IMG/VR virus record: IMGVR_UViG_3300020314_000025
Location: 1 to 29,091 of that record
DNA from: a virus
Lineage: Duplodnaviria > Caudoviricetes
Reading direction: 5' to 3' (one strand)
Length of the DNA stretch: 29,091 bases
The position numbers were made by a program, and so were the translations under genes. Numbering within the stretch: position 1 is the first letter of the stretch; each line of letters starts with the position of its first letter. The notes under the pieces were generated by a model. That model did no database searches and was not told where the DNA came from. It was given only the letters and a program-made list of their open reading frames with translations. Shown piece by piece: positions 17,572-26,628 of the stretch.

Positions 17572-18138
17572 TTATTCCTTTAGTATTGTATAAACGTTAT
17601 AGCCTTGAGATTTCAGTTTATCAGAACCACCTAAGAAAGTCAAGTCCATAATACCTGCAATACCAATAACCTCGGCTTTAAATTCTTTCACCAACGATGT
17701 AGCCGCTTCTAGTGTTCCACCAGTTGCGATTACATCATCAATGATTAAAACACGGTCGCCTTCTAACACTGAATCTGTTTGTAGGTGTAGTTCGTCCGTA
17801 CCGTATTCCAATTCGTATTCTCTAAAAATAGTCTCGCCAGGAAGTTTACCTTTCTTTCTTGCCATAGCAAATGGTCTACCCATGTCTGCCGATAACGCAC
17901 CAGCGAGAACAAATCCTCTTGCATCTAATCCTACAATACGATTGTACTTATAAGCAATCTCTGTCTCATACATCCAATCTTTAATCATCTGCATACATTT
18001 TCCAATACCCTGTTGCGTATTAAATATACTTGCCATATCCTGATACATAATACCAGGCTTAGGATGGTCTGGAACTACTCTAATCATTTTTTGAATATCT
18101 TCTCTGAGATATTCTTTGTAATTAAACTCCGTACTCAA
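17572..18138 (-). CDS. apt: Adenine/purine phosphoribosyltransferase
   Basis: Motifs PDHPKPGIMYQD, LDARGF, RKKGKLPG, YELEYG and the PRPP motif VLIIDDVIATGGT. Confidence 0.92.
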   Translation of the reverse strand: MSTEFNYKEYLREDIQKMIRVVPDHPKPGIMYQDMASIFNTQQGIGKCMQMIKDWMYETEIAYKYNRIVGLDARGFVLAGALSADMGRPFAMARKKGKLPGETIFREYELEYGTDELHLQTDSVLEGDRVLIIDDVIATGGTLEAATSLVKEFKAEVIGIAGIMDLTFLGGSDKLKSQGYNVYTILKE

Positions 18139-18574
18139 TTAATGCTCCATTCTCTCCATCTTCGGATACTTCAATTTTAACATCACGACCGGGATACTTT
18201 TCTGAGATTTTATCAAACAAATCGTCTGACATCATTTCACATGATTTGTAATCAAGTTCTAAAGTCTTCTCCGCATATAACTTTTCTAACCAACGTTTGA
18301 ATTGAATAAACTCAATATCACGGTCGTTGTGTGTAACCATAATCGCTACACGAAAATGAAAGATATGTCTATGAGGATATCCTAAAAAACTAACGTCATA
18401 TTCATCACCTGTTGCAAGTGCTGGATCTTCTAATGCCGCTGGATACTTGTGAATACCTTCTTTCTGAAACGTAACCCAAATCCAACGTTTCGCTTTATCT
18501 TTTTGTTGTCTGATATCATCTAACATATTAGCCTTTCTACTTTCGTTTAACATATAGTTATAGTAACTTCCCAT
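18122..18574 (-). CDS. T-fold QueD paralog, DpdL-like (putative 7-carboxy-7-deazaguanine decarboxylase)
   Basis: LGYPHRHIF (LxxxHRHxF) replaces the QueD CxxxHGH motif. SCE and VSEDGENG occupy the positions of the QueD (S/T)xE and VxET motifs. Located within the deazaguanine cluster. Confidence 0.7.
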   Translation of the reverse strand: MGSYYNYMLNESRKANMLDDIRQQKDKAKRWIWVTFQKEGIHKYPAALEDPALATGDEYDVSFLGYPHRHIFHFRVAIMVTHNDRDIEFIQFKRWLEKLYAEKTLELDYKSCEMMSDDLFDKISEKYPGRDVKIEVSEDGENGALIEYGV

Positions 18575-18752
18575 CTTTTTCGACTTCTTTCTCTAGTTGT
18601 ACTATTTGATCCTTAAGTTTCAGTTTTTCTATCTTCTGTGCTGAAACATCTTGAAGTCTATTATAATCTTTTTGTATTTCTTTGTCAAGATGTCTATGTA
18701 CTTTTTTTAATCTTTCTAATCTGTTTAATTTTTTAGCAAAAGCCATTTCCAT
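18558..18752 (-). CDS. Small coiled-coil protein, DUF465/YdcH-like
   Basis: Pattern HRHLDKEI...KIEKLKLKDQI; AGGAGG RBS. Confidence 0.7.
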   Translation of the reverse strand: MEMAFAKKLNRLERLKKVHRHLDKEIQKDYNRLQDVSAQKIEKLKLKDQIVQLEKEVEKDGKLL

Positions 18753-18774
18753 AGTTCCTCCTTGTTTTAATATA

Positions 18775-18795
18775 GTAGGGGGATTGTCCCCCTAC
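18775..18795. terminator. GC-rich hairpin (possible terminator or processing signal) after the permease
   Basis: Perfect 9-bp stem GTAGGGGGA-TTG-TCCCCCTAC, with only a weak U-tract. Confidence 0.5.
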
Positions 18796-18806
18796 CATTT
18801 GTAATT

Positions 18807-20099
18807 TTATGCTACTGCAAAATATAGTACTGAAACAGCCGCAATAGCTAGAGAACCCATATTAAGTTCGCTATGTCTACCACTAGCCGCTTTAATTACT
18901 ACATAAGCAATAAAGCCCAATGCAATACCGTATGCGATATTAAATGTCAAAGGCATCATAATCGCCGCCAATACTGCTGGAGCATATTCACTTACATCTT
19001 CCCAATCGATATCTTTAAGATTTCGTAAGAAGTATGTAGCGATAAAGACCAATGCAGGAGCAGTTGCATATCCTGGAATGCTTTGTGCCAATGGTGCTAA
19101 CACCAAACACAATGCAAACAAGATTGCTACGACAACCGCAGTTAGTCCTGTTTTACCGCCTTCTTTAATACCCGCACCAGACTCAATGTATGATGTAGTA
19201 TTAGAAGTACCTGCTAATGCACCAATAGTTGTTGCAGTTGAATCAGCAAGTAAGGCTCTATCGATTCCTTCAACTTCACCTTTTTTATTGACTTTACCTG
19301 TTAAGTTGGCAACACTTGTTAGTGTACCAGCAGTATCAAAAAAGTCTACAAAAAGAAAAGCAAAAGCAACACCAATAAAACCGGCAGTCGCAATTAAACT
19401 AAAGTCTAGAGTAAATGCATGTGCTGGACTTGGAATAGAACCAACAACACCACTTATTTCTGCAATCCCTGTTATCCAAGCAATAGCACTTACGGCTAAG
19501 ATACCAATGATGATTGCTCCAGGTACTTTACGTTTATCCAAGATTGCCATGATAGCAAATCCTAGACCAGCTAATAATACTGGCCAACTAGAAAGGTCTC
19601 CTAGTCCTACAAGAGTAGCTGGATTATCAACCACAACTCCTGCATTCTTCAAACCAATAATAGCTAAGAACAAACCAATACCTGCTCCTATACCTAGTTT
19701 CATGCCTTTCGGAATACTGTTAATGATGTACTTCCTTGCTGGCGTCATACTTAAACCAAGAAACACAATACCTGCGATAAACACAGCCGCCAGTGCTTGT
19801 TGATAAGTGTAACCCATACCGAAGATAACACCGAATGCAAAAAAGGCATTCAGTCCCATTCCGGGTGCTAAACCAACGGGCCAGTTAGCCCATAGTCCCA
19901 TAATTAAAGTACCAATTACTGCCGCAATAATTGTTGCAGTAAATACGGCACCAAAATCCATGCCAGTACCTTCAGTTGACAATATAGCAGGGTTGACTAC
20001 CGTGATATATGCCATTGTAAGGAATGTCGCAAGACCGGCCATAACTTCCGTTCTGACCGTTGTTTTCTTTTTAGACAAACCAAAAAGTTTTTCTAACAT
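18807..20099 (-). CDS. NCS2 family AzgA-like purine permease
   Basis: Motifs TFLTMAYI, APGMGLNAFF, DFFDTAGT, TSYIESGAG, GGKTGLTA and MPLTFNIAYG; highly hydrophobic; AGGAGG RBS. Confidence 0.93.
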   Translation of the reverse strand: MLEKLFGLSKKKTTVRTEVMAGLATFLTMAYITVVNPAILSTEGTGMDFGAVFTATIIAAVIGTLIMGLWANWPVGLAPGMGLNAFFAFGVIFGMGYTYQQALAAVFIAGIVFLGLSMTPARKYIINSIPKGMKLGIGAGIGLFLAIIGLKNAGVVVDNPATLVGLGDLSSWPVLLAGLGFAIMAILDKRKVPGAIIIGILAVSAIAWITGIAEISGVVGSIPSPAHAFTLDFSLIATAGFIGVAFAFLFVDFFDTAGTLTSVANLTGKVNKKGEVEGIDRALLADSTATTIGALAGTSNTTSYIESGAGIKEGGKTGLTAVVVAILFALCLVLAPLAQSIPGYATAPALVFIATYFLRNLKDIDWEDVSEYAPAVLAAIMMPLTFNIAYGIALGFIAYVVIKAASGRHSELNMGSLAIAAVSVLYFAVA

Positions 20100-20130
20100 T
20101 ATTTTTCCTCCTGTTAGTTAACAATGTAAA

Positions 20131-21675
20131 TTACGCAAAAAGATCCTCTACAGTATCAGGTGTAGAGTATTCTTTTCTCTTACCTTTAACTGCTTCAACG
20201 AATTCTTCTGTTTTTACATTGGCTTCTTCAAACTCCATAAATTCAGGAGTTGTAGAAATATTTTGAACACGTGATCCTTCACACTTTCTTAAGAATGCTT
20301 TGAAATCACTTAACATGTCCATTGGATTATCTGATACAAATAGTTCTTCTACAAACTTTGCAAAATACAATACTGTATCAGGAACAACATCACTTAGTAC
20401 ATTTGTTTTGCCTAAACTCATGTTGTGAATATCAATTTTGTCATGTAACATTTCATATTCATGGTCAAATCTACGCAATGCATCTTGCATACCTCTGATA
20501 TGATATTCTGTGTTATGTGCTTGAATTAATATATAAGATAGACTATCCCAACTTGACTTCGCCTCTTTTTTATTTCTATTCAGCATACCAGGTTGCATGT
20601 AGTTGATATCTCGCATGTTTAATCTTGAGCCGATTTCGCCTTCATACATCCAAGGTTGTGTTGGATTAGAAATGTCCTGACGCCAATTCAGTTTCTTAGT
20701 TTTGTAACTCCATGCATTGGCATTCAAGTCAGGATAGTCATATGCTAGTCCTTTTGATGCAGTTATATAGGGAGACGCCGCATCAAAAGAGATTGTGATA
20801 TTTGGATTTACATGTTCTCTTAGTTGTCGTTGAATAGCCGTTAGATAACAGCCCCAAGGGAGAACACTAATGCCTAGAACATGAATCCAAACATCGTCAC
20901 CTGCTAATAGACCATCATCACGCATTCTGATTAGTCTTCTTAACAAGAGTTCCGCATCACCGGCATGGTCGCCAGCCATTGCGTAACCTTCAAACGCCCT
21001 ATCGCCATAGACTTTAGGGTCATTAAACTCTTTAACATTTTGATACCAGTTTTCGCTTGTTTCCCAATTAGCACCATGAAGTGTATTAAGAAACTTAGTC
21101 TTACCTGGTATTCTATTTTCAATGAAAAACTTGTGATTATAAATTGTTTTCTCTAAACAATCTTTAGGATCTTTTAATCCAGTTCTGTCACGGTACTGAG
21201 GGAGATATGCCCATAACGGGATATCTAAGGTCATAGAGTAGTCGCAATATTCCTCAAGCCAAGTCATAATTCCGCACCGTGTTTTTTGCCAGTCTGCACC
21301 GGTCTCAAAGTTACTCCAGTCTAGTTTCCAAGCACCAGAGCCTATCTGATAACCACCCGAATCCCCAACAAGTACTGTGTCCTCACGGTTACGATTTACA
21401 ACCATACCATCGTCAACTTTAGAACCATCTAAGTCTAGATTGGCATGACCTGCCGAATAAAGTCCATGTGAGTAATAAACATACCCTTTTTCTTTATCTA
21501 ATATATTTAGTCCTTCTAGCCCATTTTCAAAGCCTTTTGGGATACGTTCTGGTGGAAACATGTCTGTAACACCTGCATAGTGTTGTGATATTTTTCTTAC
21601 ATAGAAATTAGAAATTGCAGGGAGAAAGACTGCGTACCCACTAGATTTATTATTTTTGCTTAGGTCATTAACCAT
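20131..21675 (-). CDS. dpdA: TGT-fold guanine transglycosylase, DpdA-like
   Basis: Motifs GDSGGYQIG, TLDIP, IHVLG and SFDAASP. It lacks the CxCxxC Zn site of tRNA TGTs and clusters with folE/queE. The subfamily cannot be determined by eye. Confidence 0.8.
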   Translation of the reverse strand: MVNDLSKNNKSSGYAVFLPAISNFYVRKISQHYAGVTDMFPPERIPKGFENGLEGLNILDKEKGYVYYSHGLYSAGHANLDLDGSKVDDGMVVNRNREDTVLVGDSGGYQIGSGAWKLDWSNFETGADWQKTRCGIMTWLEEYCDYSMTLDIPLWAYLPQYRDRTGLKDPKDCLEKTIYNHKFFIENRIPGKTKFLNTLHGANWETSENWYQNVKEFNDPKVYGDRAFEGYAMAGDHAGDAELLLRRLIRMRDDGLLAGDDVWIHVLGISVLPWGCYLTAIQRQLREHVNPNITISFDAASPYITASKGLAYDYPDLNANAWSYKTKKLNWRQDISNPTQPWMYEGEIGSRLNMRDINYMQPGMLNRNKKEAKSSWDSLSYILIQAHNTEYHIRGMQDALRRFDHEYEMLHDKIDIHNMSLGKTNVLSDVVPDTVLYFAKFVEELFVSDNPMDMLSDFKAFLRKCEGSRVQNISTTPEFMEFEEANVKTEEFVEAVKGKRKEYSTPDTVEDLFA

Positions 21676-21705
21676 ATTAAATATCCTCCTATGATATTAT
21701 TTAGG

Positions 21706-22461
21706 TTAATTACCTGATTTAGCTGGTAAAATGTACTCATATAGGCCTAAACCTGAGTCCACTTGAATCATCATAGCACCTTGGTCTGAGATTTTCACAC
21801 TCATTGTGCTTGTGTCACCAAGTTTCAAGATTGTCAAAACAGTTGCTAGAGGAAAACTCCAACCTGTTTTTAGTTCTCCTGTTACATTACTTGCAAAAGG
21901 AAGTTCTACTCTATCAGTTGACCTATCACCAATAAAGAATTTTAAGTCACCATCTACTGTCTTAACAGTAAACAGAGGATCAAAAGCACCTAAGATACCT
22001 GCAAAGTATTGTAAGTCTTTGATTGCTTTTTGTGTTGGCATAACTTCAACGTCCCATTTAGCACCTTTGAAGTTTGCAGTTTTGATTTGTGCATCAACAA
22101 GTTCACTTACGATTACACGATAAGTTGATTGCATTGCACCTGGAATAGAAAATGAAAGTTGTGTTGGAACTTTTTCACCATTACGTTCTTCATGTCCTAC
22201 TTCTACTGATGCCTTAATAGCCTTGCCTTCTCTGTCTTCACCTTCATAGTTTAGATAACCGTTTAGTACTCCAAGTCTACCTAAACCAAACTTACCTGAA
22301 AATTCAGAAACTGGTGTGTGAAGTTTACCACGTAGTACTACAGTTCGGTCGTCATCCATTGCATCAATAGATGTTCCACCATCATCTGTAGTCACTTTAG
22401 CCGCTTGAATAATACCAAGCGAGTGTGTATGCTTCACAATATCTTTTAATATATCTTGCAT
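21706..22461 (-). CDS. Probable DNA polymerase sliding clamp (gp45/PCNA-like)
   Basis: About 251 aa with a clamp-like repeated alpha/beta pattern ending YEYILPA, close to polB. Start moved to MQDILK (22461), which has an AAGGAG RBS. Confidence 0.6.
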   Translation of the reverse strand: MQDILKDIVKHTHSLGIIQAAKVTTDDGGTSIDAMDDDRTVVLRGKLHTPVSEFSGKFGLGRLGVLNGYLNYEGEDREGKAIKASVEVGHEERNGEKVPTQLSFSIPGAMQSTYRVIVSELVDAQIKTANFKGAKWDVEVMPTQKAIKDLQYFAGILGAFDPLFTVKTVDGDLKFFIGDRSTDRVELPFASNVTGELKTGWSFPLATVLTILKLGDTSTMSVKISDQGAMMIQVDSGLGLYEYILPAKSGN

Positions 22462-22492
22462 AGTTATGTTCTCCTTATGGTTCATTAATACT

Positions 22493-22521
22493 ATAATATC
22501 ACTATTCAACACCAATGTCAA
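22493..22521 (-). promoter_or_regulatory. Sigma70-type promoter upstream of the clamp gene
   Basis: TTGACA-17 nt-TATTAT with a TGn extension, overlapping the end of the methyltransferase gene. Confidence 0.75.
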
Positions 22522-23047
22522 TAGTCTTTTTTACTCTTCCAGATACTGGATTATCTACCCAATGTATTTGATTTGGTGGCATAAAACCCCATATAAACCA
22601 AGCATTCCCAAATGTAGGTGATCCTTTTCCAGTAAAATCAATGCGAAAGTTATACACAAGTGCAGACATTCCCTTGTCCATAAACATTTTCCCTCGTTTT
22701 GCACCCTGAAAACTTGTTACAGGAAGTAACAAAGCAAAGGGTTTATCTAAAGAATAGCAGTGTTCTATGAATTGGTCTTTCTTGCTATAAGGGGGATTAG
22801 TTATAACGCCATCATAGACATCATCCCGTGTACAATCAAAGAAATCCCTATCATTAGACCCAACAATATTATAACCATATTTGTTGAATCCGGAAACAAT
22901 GCTAGAACTTTTTCCACTAGTTGCTTCATAATAAGTCTTGTCCTTATCTAAGTATTTTAATAGAGGAAGTATTTGATCCTCTGGTGTATAGCATTCATCT
23001 GATGCTTCATTAGTTGCTCTACGATTTATTAGTTCAGTGTAAGACAC
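22502..23047 (-). CDS. Small amino-methyltransferase (probable DNA N6-adenine MTase)
   Basis: Motifs DECYTP, DFF, catalytic ITNPPYS and KPFALLLP. Confidence 0.82.
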   Translation of the reverse strand: MSYTELINRRATNEASDECYTPEDQILPLLKYLDKDKTYYEATSGKSSSIVSGFNKYGYNIVGSNDRDFFDCTRDDVYDGVITNPPYSKKDQFIEHCYSLDKPFALLLPVTSFQGAKRGKMFMDKGMSALVYNFRIDFTGKGSPTFGNAWFIWGFMPPNQIHWVDNPVSGRVKKTIDIGVE

Positions 23048-23831
23048 GTGTAGACGCCTTTTTAATATTGATAATTTTCTTTACCTTTTCTAATTTAGGT
23101 GCAATGAAATCTCTTACCATTTCTTCATTTATACAATCATTAAAATGGTCATGGTCACATAGAATTTTATCTGGGTCATTATATTTGTTTGAATAATACT
23201 GATGTGCATTTAGTCCTTCAAAGTCTACATGTAATGCTTTTTGTAACATAGATTTAAATCCAGGTAAAGTATTAAAGTTCCAAGATTTTTGCCATGTAAC
23301 TACTTCGATATTCAACATCTTACATAGTTTGATTGCTTGATAAATGTCCAACATACCCCAAAATTCCATTGCGTTATGCGTAGATGCAATATTCCACTGA
23401 ACATCTTTCCACGTTTCAAATGCTTTTACTGACGGAGCAAAAGTATGTTCTTGCATATCTTGTATCAATGCTCTCCAATACTCCCATGCTGATGCTGATG
23501 TTTTGTAAACATCTTCTTCTATATCTGCCATATCATTTGTTCTTTGTATCTTACTGTATGAATCTGGAAGACATTTAAAATTTAACATAGACCTATTGTT
23601 AACTAATTCCATTAGTACTGCATCTACGTTATGTTTTTCTTTCAAATACACAATCTTATTTAGGTAAAGTTCAGTACCTTTACCAGCACATGCTGAATTA
23701 AAAAACTTCATGTTAGTTGTATATTTTTCTAGCCATGTTTCAAATGGCAATGCTAAATCGTTTTCTCCAGTCTCTTTGTTATGATGTGATCCCACACTAT
23801 AACTAGACCCTAATATTCCTACTTTACACAT
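23034..23831 (-). CDS. SGNH/GDSL hydrolase-like protein
   Basis: Block I ILGSSYS, block II NSACAGKG and C-terminal DHDH (DxxH). Likely start MCKV at 23831, just after the polB stop. Confidence 0.55.
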   Translation of the reverse strand: MCKVGILGSSYSVGSHHNKETGENDLALPFETWLEKYTTNMKFFNSACAGKGTELYLNKIVYLKEKHNVDAVLMELVNNRSMLNFKCLPDSYSKIQRTNDMADIEEDVYKTSASAWEYWRALIQDMQEHTFAPSVKAFETWKDVQWNIASTHNAMEFWGMLDIYQAIKLCKMLNIEVVTWQKSWNFNTLPGFKSMLQKALHVDFEGLNAHQYYSNKYNDPDKILCDHDHFNDCINEEMVRDFIAPKLEKVKKIINIKKASTRVLH

Positions 23832-23832
23832 A

Positions 23833-26628
23833 TTAAAAATCAAACAAACTTTGAAATTGTTCTGATGCATCTGCATCACTTAGATCCCATTTGAGAACAC
23901 CAATAAGATTGTCTAGTTTCTTATCAATAATTGTGTTCTCCATTAGTTCATGGTCAAAAGGAAGTTCTTGAAACCATTCTGGAATTCTGTTTTCATCAAT
24001 CGGATATGCAACACTTGTCATTTTCAATGCATTAGGTCTGAGTTTACATACAATAGTTTTCATACCATCTACAATCTCAATAGAATACTTGTCACCATTT
24101 AGTTCACGTAAAGTATTCCAGTTTAGAGCCGCACTAACATGACCCGGAAGATGTACTTTATCTTTCTTGTTGTCTTCGCCTTCTAATTTAAAATCTCTGC
24201 CTTGTTGTTTTGTAATCTTTTGTATTTTATTTTTATACATAGTAAGATTGTTTACTCGTTTAGGAGTACCTTTCTCCCAACCAGGCTTTGCTCTGAATTC
24301 TTTCTTAAACTCTTTGACCATTTCAATTACGTCTTTTTCTGTACCGTCTGTTAGAATTTTAACAAGTACGTCCATCAAAAACTTTTGCATATAGTCTGGA
24401 GTATCACTTCTTTTCAAGTCAAGACCCATAGCTTTAATCTTACCAGGATTACCATCTACGTCTTTTCTTACACCTTCATCGTCAAAGATAAGCATTGCAT
24501 ATCTTTTCTTTTTAATAAAGATGCCCATAGTTGCACAGTTCTCACGACCTGCCGCAATTATTTCACCTTGCTTACGAGGAGCATTGAAAAACTCTTTCAT
24601 AAAGTCAGGGAAACTTGCATTGACTTGATTTGCAATTTCATCATACAGTTCGATAACTTTTTCTTTAGACCATTCGATTTCACCGTTATCAATCTCTTCC
24701 TTGTATACAGGATACATAGAATAATAGATACTATCTGTATCACCATAGATAACGCTTTCACCTTTATAGTCATACGTACCAGCGATTACTTCATTAGTTT
24801 TAGCACCCATATGTCTTGTGATACAACGACCAGATAGAGTTGTACTCTGACCAATACGTTTATCATAAAAACGACATCCTGGATTTAGAATCGCACCATA
24901 CAATGAATTCAAGTTAATCTTTTTAACAAGTTGTCGTTTATCCCAGAATGCAATCTTTTCTTTATCGCCTTCTTCAATAGCTTTCTTCTTGTTTGCTTGT
25001 AGCACTTTACGTTCAGCATACCAACGTTCTAGCAAACTTGGAATAATACCTTGAACGTCTTGTCTGAGAATTGTACCATTGGCAGTGATAGCCCATGGCA
25101 AGTCACTATGAAAGATAAGATTGTGTATCTCTGCACCAGTCATATCATTCTTTTTATCTTTGTTATCTTCTAGTACAAGATTAATCTTTTCTGTTTTATC
25201 TTTCTCGTTTACTAATCTGAATTCTTCTGCACTAAACGTGTCTTCCCAAGCCTGAGCCGCTCCGAAACCTTTACTGCCGCCACGTCTACCATTTGCAATT
25301 CTATCACCAATCATCTTTTCTGTTAGAGTTGGTTCTAGTTGTGCAACAATAGTTTCTGGACTCATGTTCAATGCACGAATGATTGAAGGATAAAGTGAGT
25401 TAATATCAATACCTGATACCCATCGTTGAATGCCTGTCTTTGGATTTGCCACAAAAGCACCTGCGGCTTTTTGCTTTTCTGCTTCTTCTAGTTCTGCATC
25501 TGTAGGTTCAGCATCTTCTTCGCCCCAATCTTTGGCTTTTCTATCTGGAACAACCATATCTCTGCGATGTGCTTCATTGATAATTGCTTGTTCTGTAACT
25601 GCAACCGCACCCATAGTTGTTTTGATATTAACTGTATTGTCATGTGCGATTTCATTTGCTAAGTCAATAAACTGTAGCTTTTTGTCTAAGTTACCTAATA
25701 GTGCAACGTCTTGTCTGTTATATTCAACAAACTTATAAAAATCTCTGTTATATAATTGGTCTAGTGTACCATCATATGCAATCTTCTTTTCACCAAGTTC
25801 ATATTCACCGATAGCATCAAGTGAGTATGAATGCATTTCATGATATGTATACTTACGATATAGTTCAAGATAGTCAAGATGAATACGACCTGATAAGTCA
25901 TATGTTACACTTTCTTTACCAAATCTAACTACTCGTCTTTCATGTGGAAACAAATCCCATAGACACAATTTACGTGTATGAGATTTACTCATAATACGTG
26001 TGATACGTCTAACTGTATATGGAATATCAAAACCTTCTGAGTTCCAACCAGATACAACATCTGCATCATCAATCAATGCAATAAAGTCATTCATCATATC
26101 AACTTCATCAAGATATAAGAATGTATCTTCGAATTGACTACAGATACGTTCTGCTTCTTCTAGTCCTTCTCCCTCTTGCATATGCTTTGGAGGGATAACA
26201 AAAGTAACAAGTTTATCTAACCATTGTAGATAAACTGTAATTGCAGTGATAGGCATAAAGGGATCCTCTGGAGGAGCAAACCCTTTGTCTGCATCAAAGT
26301 CAACCTCGATATCGAAAAACGCAACATGAAGTTTAGGAGAGTCAACACCATTATAGTTTTCACTAAGGCACCTGACTTCTGGTTTTAAGTCGCTCTCATA
26401 AAACTTCTTGCCTGCGTTTATTCGTCTTTCTTTATGTAAATCTTTTAGTCGCTTACATTTGATTTGACGTACCTTATCGCCATGTATACTTACATGGTCA
26501 CCACGTGGATCTTTTACGTAAAAAGTACGCCATGCTGGAAAGTCGTTGTATACACGTTTCCCATTGACACGTTCAACTACTTGAACAATATCTTTGTCTC
26601 TGTTATAAAATGCGTCAACATAACTCAT
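23833..26628 (-). CDS. DNA polymerase, family B (T4 gp43-like)
   Basis: Exonuclease motifs FDIEVD, WNSEGFDIPY and YNRQDV; polymerase motifs DINSLYPS, KINLNSLYG and YGDTDS. No intein apparent. Confidence 0.97.
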   Translation of the reverse strand: MSYVDAFYNRDKDIVQVVERVNGKRVYNDFPAWRTFYVKDPRGDHVSIHGDKVRQIKCKRLKDLHKERRINAGKKFYESDLKPEVRCLSENYNGVDSPKLHVAFFDIEVDFDADKGFAPPEDPFMPITAITVYLQWLDKLVTFVIPPKHMQEGEGLEEAERICSQFEDTFLYLDEVDMMNDFIALIDDADVVSGWNSEGFDIPYTVRRITRIMSKSHTRKLCLWDLFPHERRVVRFGKESVTYDLSGRIHLDYLELYRKYTYHEMHSYSLDAIGEYELGEKKIAYDGTLDQLYNRDFYKFVEYNRQDVALLGNLDKKLQFIDLANEIAHDNTVNIKTTMGAVAVTEQAIINEAHRRDMVVPDRKAKDWGEEDAEPTDAELEEAEKQKAAGAFVANPKTGIQRWVSGIDINSLYPSIIRALNMSPETIVAQLEPTLTEKMIGDRIANGRRGGSKGFGAAQAWEDTFSAEEFRLVNEKDKTEKINLVLEDNKDKKNDMTGAEIHNLIFHSDLPWAITANGTILRQDVQGIIPSLLERWYAERKVLQANKKKAIEEGDKEKIAFWDKRQLVKKINLNSLYGAILNPGCRFYDKRIGQSTTLSGRCITRHMGAKTNEVIAGTYDYKGESVIYGDTDSIYYSMYPVYKEEIDNGEIEWSKEKVIELYDEIANQVNASFPDFMKEFFNAPRKQGEIIAAGRENCATMGIFIKKKRYAMLIFDDEGVRKDVDGNPGKIKAMGLDLKRSDTPDYMQKFLMDVLVKILTDGTEKDVIEMVKEFKKEFRAKPGWEKGTPKRVNNLTMYKNKIQKITKQQGRDFKLEGEDNKKDKVHLPGHVSAALNWNTLRELNGDKYSIEIVDGMKTIVCKLRPNALKMTSVAYPIDENRIPEWFQELPFDHELMENTIIDKKLDNLIGVLKWDLSDADASEQFQSLFDF

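Noticed and set aside
19078-19803. 241-aa plus-strand ORF
   Set aside because: Antisense shadow of the hydrophobic NCS2 permease, with no recognisable motifs or RBS.
8313-20099. Bacterial chromosomal origin suggested by metK, apt, sbmA, permease and folE
   Set aside because: These genes are interleaved and overlapped with phage-type genes (T4-like rnh, polB, clamp, dpdA) in one strand-uniform block, so they are better read as auxiliary metabolic genes.
20131-21675. Interpretation as a canonical tRNA-guanine transglycosylase (tgt) for queuosine
   Set aside because: It lacks the Zn-binding CxCxxC...H motif, is highly divergent and sits by replication genes, so a DNA-acting DpdA is more plausible. 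This is not proven.
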